Shown here one piece after another: positions 8,200 to 14,769 of a DNA stretch of 16,121 bases; the stretch's first letter is position 1, and every line of letters starts with the position of its first letter. Origin of the DNA: a virus (lineage: Duplodnaviria; Heunggongvirae; Uroviricota; Caudoviricetes); IMG/VR virus record IMGVR_UViG_2795385955_000003. One strand, written 5' to 3'. Both the position numbers and the translations under genes were made by a program. Under the pieces are notes generated by a model. The model did no database searches. It worked only from the letters and a program-made list of their open reading frames with translations, and was not told the origin of the DNA.

Positions 8200-8945
8200 C
8201 ACCACTTCACGCACGTGCGGTGTTCGCTGCCGCAGCGTCCCTGCTGATGGCCTCGTGCACACACGACACACCGAAAGCGCCTGCCCCGTGGGATTCCAAC
8301 GACCGCACGACCGTCCGGTGGATACCCAACCCTGCCGCTGACCTCATGTCTCCCGAGGGCACCTTCATCCGCGCCGCGATGGAGTCCTGGCGGGCCGCTC
8401 AAGTAGGCCAGGGGCAGGGTATGGATGCAATCAGTGCCGGGGGATACCCCGGCTTCGACCATGCCTTCAACAACGTCTGGAAAGCCGGAGAGGTCGGCGG
8501 CACCGTCCGATTCGAGCACCCCCTAGTCGGTACCGACTACTACGAGGTCGTCGCGCTAACCCGAGACGGCGACCGGTACAAGGCGGGTGTCTGCAACTAC
8601 ACATCGCAAATGGCAGGGCAGCTCGAAGACGGTCAATACTCAGGCCCCGGACCTAAACCGATGAATGGCGGCGAATGGATCACCTTCGGCCCCGACCCGA
8701 AACTCCCCGCCGACCAACAACATGCACCACCTGCTCAGCAAAAGGGTCCAGCCGAGCGACCCACGGACAACGTGTTCGGCACGTGGGTTCTCTTCGACTA
8801 CGACCCACGGATCGCGACCACCTTGCCGCAGTGCGTGAAGTTCGCACCGGGTACACCGACGAATCTTCCCGACCCCAAGAAGCGGTCCGACCCGCCACCG
8901 ACCCTGCCGCCCGACCCTGGCTGGCCCGAGGGCAGCAAGGCGTAA
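8196..8945 (+). CDS. Lipoprotein, putative cognate immunity protein (249 aa)
   Basis: Signal peptide with lipobox LMASC (Cys21); GTGA overlap with the effector; two further Cys and a Pro-rich C-terminus (PPPTLPPDPGWP). The immunity role is inferred from position only. Confidence 0.72.
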   Translation: MTPLHARAVFAAAASLLMASCTHDTPKAPAPWDSNDRTTVRWIPNPAADLMSPEGTFIRAAMESWRAAQVGQGQGMDAISAGGYPGFDHAFNNVWKAGEVGGTVRFEHPLVGTDYYEVVALTRDGDRYKAGVCNYTSQMAGQLEDGQYSGPGPKPMNGGEWITFGPDPKLPADQQHAPPAQQKGPAERPTDNVFGTWVLFDYDPRIATTLPQCVKFAPGTPTNLPDPKKRSDPPPTLPPDPGWPEGSKA

Positions 8946-9002
8946 CCTGTGGCCAAGTTCGGGCACGGGCGCATCTCTCCGCTTTTTATCGGCGCCGCCT
9001 AC

Positions 9003-9452
9003 TTAACATCCTGCGGCGTCCGCTAAGTCGCGCTGCCTGTCGGTCCGTTGTGTTGGTGCCGTTGCGCAAGCCCGGTCTACCTCACGGCCGCCGCGGTTGT
9101 TGTTGGACTGTGCTTGGTTGACCCGCTCTAGGCGGGTTGGACACACGTAGCGCATCCCGCGCCGGACGATGGCCATGGTGCCGTCAGTGTCGGCGGCGAT
9201 CATCGACTCGAATTCGTCGACGGTCTTGTCGCAGTTGGCCACGGTTAGCTCGTACAGGCGCGCCATGTCGGGTGACGCCTCCGGGCTGGAGGCCATGATC
9301 TCTGCCTCCCATCCACTCATGTCGACGGCCGCCTGGGGCAGTATCGCTGGCTTCTGCGGCACGGTGGCCGTCGCTTCCTGCACCGTCCCACCGCTGCACC
9401 CCGCGGTCACGGCCGCTGCAACCGCCATGTACAGCCCCCACCTAATTCTCAT
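9003..9452 (-). CDS. Lipoprotein (149 aa), probably leaderless
   Basis: MRIRWGLYMAVAAAVTAGC lipobox (Cys19), four further Cys; TAAAGT -10 on the minus strand (9464-9459), 6 nt before the ATG. Confidence 0.78.
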   Translation of the reverse strand: MRIRWGLYMAVAAAVTAGCSGGTVQEATATVPQKPAILPQAAVDMSGWEAEIMASSPEASPDMARLYELTVANCDKTVDEFESMIAADTDGTMAIVRRGMRYVCPTRLERVNQAQSNNNRGGREVDRACATAPTQRTDRQRDLADAAGC

Positions 9453-9506
9453 GGCCGAACTTTAAACCGGGGTAGCCGCGATAAGGGGGCGTTGACGATA
9501 AACCTC

Positions 9507-9535
9507 TCGACAAAACGTATAGCACGCTATACGTT
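9507..9535 (+). promoter_or_regulatory. Promoter with palindromic operator copy 2
   Basis: TCGACA (9507-9512)-N17-TACGTT (9530-9535). AACGTATAGC-AC-GCTATACGTT palindrome at 9514-9535 spans the spacer and the -10. Confidence 0.78.
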
Positions 9536-9574
9536 CAAGCAGGATTGCCAGCGAACACTAGGGAAGGTCCCACC

Positions 9575-9892
9575 ATGTCAATTGCAAGCACTGCAATCAC
9601 GCTGACCGCGGACGAGCTGGATGCAGTCAGCCGCTCCATGCTTGTTCACGAACCGCACTCGGACGTACGTCCGGCATTCGACTGGGTCGGCCGGGGTCAC
9701 CTGCCGCCGTGTCTGGCCTACCGCGGCGACCGTGTCGTCGAGTTCGGATACGAGGTCGCGGTGGTAGTGGCGGCCCGGCAGGGAGGTGGCGACGTCGACG
9801 CGATCCGTAGGGCCATCGAATCCCTCGGGCCTTGTCATCGCCAGGGCCGTATCCACTTCTGGCCCCGCGTGATTCCCGCGGTTGCCGACTGA
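9575..9892 (+). CDS. Hypothetical protein (105 aa)
   Basis: GGAAGG RBS at 9562-9567, ATG at 9575 (MSIASTAITLTADELDAV...); flanked by a promoter and a terminator. Confidence 0.72.
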   Translation: MSIASTAITLTADELDAVSRSMLVHEPHSDVRPAFDWVGRGHLPPCLAYRGDRVVEFGYEVAVVVAARQGGGDVDAIRRAIESLGPCHRQGRIHFWPRVIPAVAD

Positions 9893-9909
9893 ATCCTCCT
9901 GGTTACTTC

Positions 9910-9950
9910 TCACCCCCGTCCCATGTGGGCGGGGGTGATTTCTTTTTCTT
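9910..9950 (+). terminator. Intrinsic terminator
   Basis: TCACCCCCG(T)CCC-ATGT-GGGCGGGGGTGA stem followed by TTTCTTTTTCTT, 17 nt after stop 9892. Confidence 0.82.
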
Positions 9951-9961
9951 CATGCTCACGC

Positions 9962-9991
9962 TTGCCTAAAACGTATAGTGCGCTATACATT
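9962..9991 (+). promoter_or_regulatory. Promoter with palindromic operator copy 3
   Basis: TTGCCT (9962-9967)-N18-TACATT (9986-9991); GTATAGTGCGCTATAC at 9973-9988. Confidence 0.78.
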
Positions 9992-10030
9992 CGAGCTATC
10001 GGTCAAGCAAACATCAATCAGGAGGAAATC

Positions 10031-11215
10031 ATGACCGCACCAACACTGCCCGCAATACCCGCCCGCACCCTGCGCAACGCCAACATCGGAAACCTCATCA
10101 CGCTGCTGGAGCAGCAGCACCGGCAGAAGGTAGACGTAGTCATGCCCGTCTCCGACGTCCGGTTCACCAGCGGCAACCTGGTCATCTCGGACCAGGCACC
10201 CGACATCAACGACGAAGGCGTCACCGACTTCAACGGGACCTACCGGATGACCGACCGCTCCGACAGCCAGCTCGGCGACGTCCTCGACATCCCCACCCGC
10301 TACGTCCGCAAGCTGCGCGCACAGCACCTGGAACTGATGGACACCAACGTCAACGAACTGGCCCGGGTACACGACCCCGCCAAGAAGGTCCTCGTGCGCA
10401 TGCTGTCGGGCAGCGACCCCATGTACCCCGGCACCCACGGCATCGTCCGCGCTGTGCTGTCAGACCGGTACGGCATCCGCGACAACCTCGACACCGTGCT
10501 CGCACTGCTCGACGGGATGCGCGCGGCCGGTCTCGGCGCCCAGCACATCCGTGGCGCCGACCTGTCCGATGAGCGGCTATACCTGCGAGTCACCGCGCCG
10601 GAGCTGGAGGTCGTCGCACCCAAGCTGCTGGAGGGCTACCGTTCACCGTGGGCAGGCACCGCACACGGCGGCGAAGCCGCCAACACCCTGCCCGTCGTCT
10701 ACGCAGGAATGCTGGTCACCAACAGCGAGACCGGCGGCGGCGCACTCACCATCACCCCAGAGCTGCGCATCAAGATCTGCGACAACGGCCTCACCATCAA
10801 CGCCGACGCCATGCGCAAGATCCACCTCGGCAAGAAGCTCGACGACGGCAAGGTCAACTGGTCGGCAGACACCATCGACGCCGCCAACGACCTGATCAAG
10901 AAGCAGGTCCGCGACGCCGTCGCGTCCTTTATGAACGTCGACTACGTGAAGACCGCCATTGAGAAGCTGGAGGAGACCAGCGGCACCCCGCTCACTGCCC
11001 CGGCCGACGTGATCGAGGTCGTGGCCAAGAAGCTGTCCTACAGCCAGGACGAACAGCGCGGCATCCTCGACCACTTCATCAAGGGCGGCCAGATGACTAC
11101 GGGCGGTGTTATGCAGGCCGTCACTTCATACGCCCAGCTGATTGCCGACGTCGACCGGTCCAACGAGTTCGCGGCCACCGGTGTGGACGCCATGCTCGTG
11201 GCGGCCGGACGATGA
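10031..11215 (+). CDS. DUF932-family protein (394 aa)
   Basis: GGAGG RBS at 10021-10025, ATG at 10031. RAVLSDRY..DN and G..VTNSETGGG..ITP..RIKICDNG motifs recognised as DUF932-like. Confidence 0.75.
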   Translation: MTAPTLPAIPARTLRNANIGNLITLLEQQHRQKVDVVMPVSDVRFTSGNLVISDQAPDINDEGVTDFNGTYRMTDRSDSQLGDVLDIPTRYVRKLRAQHLELMDTNVNELARVHDPAKKVLVRMLSGSDPMYPGTHGIVRAVLSDRYGIRDNLDTVLALLDGMRAAGLGAQHIRGADLSDERLYLRVTAPELEVVAPKLLEGYRSPWAGTAHGGEAANTLPVVYAGMLVTNSETGGGALTITPELRIKICDNGLTINADAMRKIHLGKKLDDGKVNWSADTIDAANDLIKKQVRDAVASFMNVDYVKTAIEKLEETSGTPLTAPADVIEVVAKKLSYSQDEQRGILDHFIKGGQMTTGGVMQAVTSYAQLIADVDRSNEFAATGVDAMLVAAGR

Positions 11216-11601
11216 GCGCCGAGGCGCGGTGCCCGCTGTGTGCGGACATCATGGCTGAGCCTGAGGTACGTAACTCGCTGTCTCGGTTCGTCGACTCCTA
11301 CATCTGCAACCGGTGCGGGACCGCCGAGGCCCTGCTCAACATCTCTCAAGAGGCGCGGCGTTGCCTGTACTTCGACGAGGTCGCAGGCACCATGCTGGTC
11401 ACCGAAGACGAGCCGGGGCACTACCCGTTCGCAGCGACCTTCCCGGAGGGTGCTAAGGCCCTCGCGTGGATCGCGGTGTACGTGAAGGCCGTTAATGCGC
11501 GCCTTGGGCTCAGCGAGACGGACGCCGAGGGCATCGTGATCAGCTCGATGTTCGGGGTACGACAGAAGTTCATCGACGCGCACTACGTGGGTCGAGGCTA
11601 G
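11212..11601 (+). CDS. Zinc-finger-like hypothetical protein (129 aa)
   Basis: CPLC...ICNRCG (two CxxC pairs); ATGA overlap with the DUF932 gene. Confidence 0.72.
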   Translation: MSAEARCPLCADIMAEPEVRNSLSRFVDSYICNRCGTAEALLNISQEARRCLYFDEVAGTMLVTEDEPGHYPFAATFPEGAKALAWIAVYVKAVNARLGLSETDAEGIVISSMFGVRQKFIDAHYVGRG

Positions 11602-11621
11602 TACCGAACACCCCAGAGAGA

Positions 11622-11659
11622 AGAAGGGGAGGACCGCCGATAGGTGGTCCGCCCCTTCT
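11622..11659. terminator. Hairpin between convergent genes
   Basis: AGAAGGGG-A-GGACCGCC-GATA-GGTGGTCC-G-CCCCTTCT: 16-bp interrupted stem between stops at 11601 (+) and 11661 (-). Confidence 0.7.
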
Positions 11660-11660
11660 C

Positions 11661-12251
11661 CTACTTTCCGTCAAGCAAGCCCGGCAGGTCCGCCCGCAGG
11701 GTGGTGAACTCCCTGCGTAGAGTGCTGATTTCGTCCCGAACAATGTCGGTCTGCTGATCCACCGCCCCAGTCAAGTCTTGTAGGTGAAGACCAATCGCAA
11801 CTAATGCTCGCGCCTGTGCCCACTGGATCTTCAAGTCCGGGGGCAGTACGTCGGGGTCCACGTCGGTGAGAACTGCGTGCGGCTTTTGAAGTGAGCTGAG
11901 GAGCGCATCTCGTGGAACGCGCCTGTCGTCCTCGGCCATGGTGGTGTTCCCTTCGCTCGGTGGGTCGACTAGCCGCAGTAGCGGCCGTTGGTGTTCCTGG
12001 GCGACTTCTTGTTGCAACGCCTCGCCCACACACTTCGCGATGTGATCTGCGAGGCCCCGTATGGCGTCATCGGTAACGTAGTACTTCGCCGCCTGCCGCC
12101 CAATCCTCATCCGTTCGGCAATCAGGTCCAGATGGCTCGAAACATCCTCACGAGCAACCTCTTGGGACACTGCCAATCCGTGGAAGTCGGCGAGGTAACG
12201 GACCAGTAACGTCGCGCGGTCGTCGAGCCAGGGCGAACGGCGGGGCGGCAT
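11661..12251 (-). CDS. Hypothetical protein (196 aa), possibly two fused ORFs with an internal start at 11939
   Basis: Track ORF directly downstream of the integrase; internal GAAGGGA SD plus ATG at codon 105. Confidence 0.65.
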   Translation of the reverse strand: MPPRRSPWLDDRATLLVRYLADFHGLAVSQEVAREDVSSHLDLIAERMRIGRQAAKYYVTDDAIRGLADHIAKCVGEALQQEVAQEHQRPLLRLVDPPSEGNTTMAEDDRRVPRDALLSSLQKPHAVLTDVDPDVLPPDLKIQWAQARALVAIGLHLQDLTGAVDQQTDIVRDEISTLRREFTTLRADLPGLLDGK

Positions 12252-12300
12252 GCGGTTGGACCTTACCGGTGTTGACTCACGTTATTTTGGTAACGCCCAG

Positions 12301-13272
12301 TTACGCCGGATTGGTCAGCCCGGCGGACGCAATAGCTGTCACCGAACCGCCCGCAGAATGTCCGGCCCACCGCCGCGACATCGCCCTTGCAGGTGGCCCG
12401 GCTGCGGCCGCCATCATCGCGGCGCGCTTCTCGTCGTCATCCACCGCCGTATAGATCTGGGTAGTGGCGACCGAGGAATGCCCCAACAGCTCCTGCACGG
12501 CGCGGATGTCGCGCGTGCCGCGATAGGCCCTGGTGGCGAAACGGTGCCGGAGTTTATGCATGGTCCACACTCCCGGCATCGCGGCGGCACAAAGAGTGCC
12601 GACCCAGCGCGGCGACAGATGCCCATCGTCGTCGCCCGGGAACAGGTACCCCTCCGTGCCTAGGCCCGGAGTGTGTCCGCCTGGCCCGGCCATGATCATC
12701 TCGGCCACGTAGTCCGAAATCGGAACTATCCGCTGCTTGCCGCCCTTGCCGTGCACCACCAACGAGTAACCGACCAGGTCCTCCACGAGGTCCTGGGTGT
12801 GCACCCGTGCCACCTCCCCGCGCCGCAGCCCAGCATCATTGGCGAGATACAGCATCTCCATAGTGCGGTCGTCGGCCGCGAGAATCGATTCCTTCCAGAC
12901 GCGGTCCGGCGCTGGTCTCGGTGTTGGTGGCTCGGGTGCGACGGCCTCCATTTGGGCCGCTGGGTTGGTCGGCAAGTGTCCCTTGGCGTACGCCCAGCTG
13001 AAAAACCCGTTAGTCGTGTTGCGATAACTTCGACGAGTTTCCCTTTGCCAGTGTGCTTGCTCAGCAAACCAATCGACCAGAGTCTCCTCGGTCACTTCAT
13101 GCGGTGCACCGCCTAGCCCCCGTGCTAGCCGATGCAGATGAGCCATACGCGTTTTGACCGTATCCAGAGACTTTCCATCAGCCTCCATGTAAGTCCGGTA
13201 CTTCGCGATAATCCCTTGCCACGCTTCCGGTGCGGGTGTTGGTGCCGGGCCGGTCCCCCTCTTATTTGTCAT
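12301..13272 (-). CDS. int: Tyrosine integrase of the prophage, lacking an N-terminal arm-binding domain (323 aa)
   Basis: Full catalytic set GLRRGE (R), HGKGG (K), HKLRH (HxxR), LLGH (H) and TQIY (Y); short N-terminus; about 230 bp from the att core. Confidence 0.9.
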   Translation of the reverse strand: MTNKRGTGPAPTPAPEAWQGIIAKYRTYMEADGKSLDTVKTRMAHLHRLARGLGGAPHEVTEETLVDWFAEQAHWQRETRRSYRNTTNGFFSWAYAKGHLPTNPAAQMEAVAPEPPTPRPAPDRVWKESILAADDRTMEMLYLANDAGLRRGEVARVHTQDLVEDLVGYSLVVHGKGGKQRIVPISDYVAEMIMAGPGGHTPGLGTEGYLFPGDDDGHLSPRWVGTLCAAAMPGVWTMHKLRHRFATRAYRGTRDIRAVQELLGHSSVATTQIYTAVDDDEKRAAMMAAAAGPPARAMSRRWAGHSAGGSVTAIASAGLTNPA

Positions 13273-13395
13273 TGAGTGCGTACCGTAAATCCCGCATAAA
13301 AATTCACAGATACTCCAAAGCTATTTGTTACCAAACTGAGAGATTCATTCACCTGGCAGACGAATCTGGCAAACATCCGTCGCCAGATTCCGTTG

Positions 13396-13536
13396 CTACG
13401 CAGCGGCGGTGTGGCGCCTGGTGGACCACCGCCGTTCTCGCTGCTCAGAGAGGTCGGTAGGCTCAGTGTCTATGCAGGTCAACGGGTTTCGAACACCTAA
13501 CCAGAAGGTTAGGGGTTCGAATCCCTTCGGGCGCAC
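13396..13536 (-). other. Orphaned 3' end of the phage repressor gene, split at attP (46 codons ending AAA*)
   Basis: The minus strand through the core reads VRPKGFEPLTF-WLGVRNPLTCIDTEPTDLSEQRERRWSTRRHTAAA*. The C-terminal AAA resembles an ssrA/Clp degron. Confidence 0.78.
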
Positions 13537-13538
13537 CA
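13502..13538 (+). repeat. att common core: 3' half of tRNA-Arg (probably ACG); not a complete tRNA
   Basis: CAGAAGGTT-AGGGG-TTCGAAT-CCCTT-CGGGCGC-A-CCA gives the variable loop, T-arm, acceptor 3' strand and CCA. The complementary 5' GCGCCCG and the D-arm are absent upstream. Isotype is recalled from the mycobacterial tRNA-Arg(ACG) sequence. Confidence 0.88.
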
Positions 13539-13605
13539 TCTATTAGCGAGAATGAGGATTTGGTGGTGGCCGACACGCCCATAATCTGACACTTTCCCGC
13601 TATTT

Positions 13606-14769
13606 TCAGCCGCCACTTTGGGCGTACTGCTCTAGGGCTTCTCTCGCGTCTGGCCCGCGTGTGCGCCGTACCAGGTAATGGGTCTCAGTAGTCAGCCGGT
13701 TGGCGTGGGATAGCTGCTGCTGGGCGCCATCCGGCCCGAGTGCGTCTCTTACAACCGTGGCGACCGTCCGCCTGAATGAGTACGGCGTAACCCAGCTCAG
13801 ATCATCAGGGAGTGCCGCCCGCAGCGCGCGCCGCATATTGGCCAGGCTCATCCAACCGCCGTTGCGATTGGCGAAGAGAGGACCGTCGATGCCCGATTCG
13901 CCGATCAGCGCTACGACCGACTCCACGCCGAACTTGGGCAGTAGAACGGTGTGCGGTGGCGCATCGCCTTTCCGGGTGTCCTGGCGGTGTAGAGGCTTGC
14001 CGGCAATGCGTCCGTGATCAATCAGGGTGCCGGTGAGGGCCACCTCTGGTGGGTCGGCAAGGACATCCACTTCTGATACCCGTATGGCCAGCACTTCATT
14101 GGGGCGCCCGCCCGTCGCGGCCAGTAGGTCTACGAATGCAGGTAGTAGCCGACCAGGCTTCGGGCCAGGGCCGGTTCGGTCGGCATAGGCCCGAACCGCC
14201 GCGCGGACCCGTACAAATTCGGCTGGCGTCGCTGCGCGGATGGGCTTCCGGGTCGTCTTGATCTGCTTAGCCTCGCGTATCGGGTTAACGGGCATTACGT
14301 CGAATCGGCACGCCATCGAGTACATACCCATGAGCACCATCCTCAGCCGTTTGGCTTGACTCTTGGATGCCATGCCTTGGATGTAGTTGTGTGCCTCTTG
14401 GGTCTCCAGCTCGGTGACCCGCAACGAGCCCAGTTGCGCATCACCGTGCGTCCTCCACACCGCCCGATACTGATCAACCGTCTGTTGCTTAACACCGTCC
14501 TCGGCTGCCTTTGCTTCGACCCATAGGTCGAACAGGTCGCCGAGGGCGGTTTTTTCATTCACTACCTGACCAGACTTCGGTGGGCGCCGTTTTACCAAGT
14601 GCCGCTGCAAGATACGGCGCGCGTCCTCGGCAGACTTATCACTCGACCGTTCCACCCGCCGTCGCTTGCCATCTGAATCACGGACATAGGTGCTGGCGAA
14701 AAACTTGCCACCAGAAGACCGTTCGGTGATGCGGCCATGCTCGCCAGGCCGCAGGCGTTCCCTAGGCAT
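13606..14769 (-). CDS. int: Tyrosine integrase with N-terminal arm-binding-type domain (387 aa)
   Basis: MPRERLRPGEHGRI...YVRDSDGKRRRVERS N-terminus; GGRPNEV (R), YSFRR (Y in place of the HxxR His), QLSH and THY. ATG 14769 overlaps the regulator stop (ATGCCTAG). The track start at 14790 is an alternative. Confidence 0.88.
   Translation of the reverse strand: MPRERLRPGEHGRITERSSGGKFFASTYVRDSDGKRRRVERSSDKSAEDARRILQRHLVKRRPPKSGQVVNEKTALGDLFDLWVEAKAAEDGVKQQTVDQYRAVWRTHGDAQLGSLRVTELETQEAHNYIQGMASKSQAKRLRMVLMGMYSMACRFDVMPVNPIREAKQIKTTRKPIRAATPAEFVRVRAAVRAYADRTGPGPKPGRLLPAFVDLLAATGGRPNEVLAIRVSEVDVLADPPEVALTGTLIDHGRIAGKPLHRQDTRKGDAPPHTVLLPKFGVESVVALIGESGIDGPLFANRNGGWMSLANMRRALRAALPDDLSWVTPYSFRRTVATVVRDALGPDGAQQQLSHANRLTTETHYLVRRTRGPDAREALEQYAQSGG

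Larger units (their letters stand above)
1..13538 (+). mobile_element. Prophage (right-hand part: tail, lysis, accessory region, integrase, att site)
   Basis: Tail, lysin A, lysin B and holin genes in canonical order, then accessory genes, a tyrosine integrase and a tRNA 3'-end duplication at 13502-13538. The left end lies outside the window. Confidence 0.93.

Noticed and set aside
5337-9988. CRISPR array or transposon terminal repeats as the explanation of the three palindromes
   Set aside because: Spacing is irregular (4.2 kb and 0.46 kb), with no spacers, cas genes, transposase or target duplications. Promoter overlap fits operators better.
12270-12305. Xer dif-like site
   Set aside because: Arms are TTA-N6-TAA, the reverse of the dif ATAA-N6-TTAT arrangement, and the flanks do not match XerC/D arms.
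13473-13481. TGCAGGTCA motif next to the att core
   Set aside because: Reminiscent of motifs I recall near actinobacterial att sites, but it is a single copy and I cannot support a function from this window.
13489-13520. LexA/SOS box (TCGAAC at 13489 and GTTCGA at 13515)
   Set aside because: The half-sites are 20 nt apart rather than 4, and the second is the tRNA T-loop.
13463-13538. Complete tRNA gene
   Set aside because: Only the 3' 37 nt fold. No 5' acceptor strand (GCGCCCG), D-arm or anticodon arm upstream, so it is treated as an att core.
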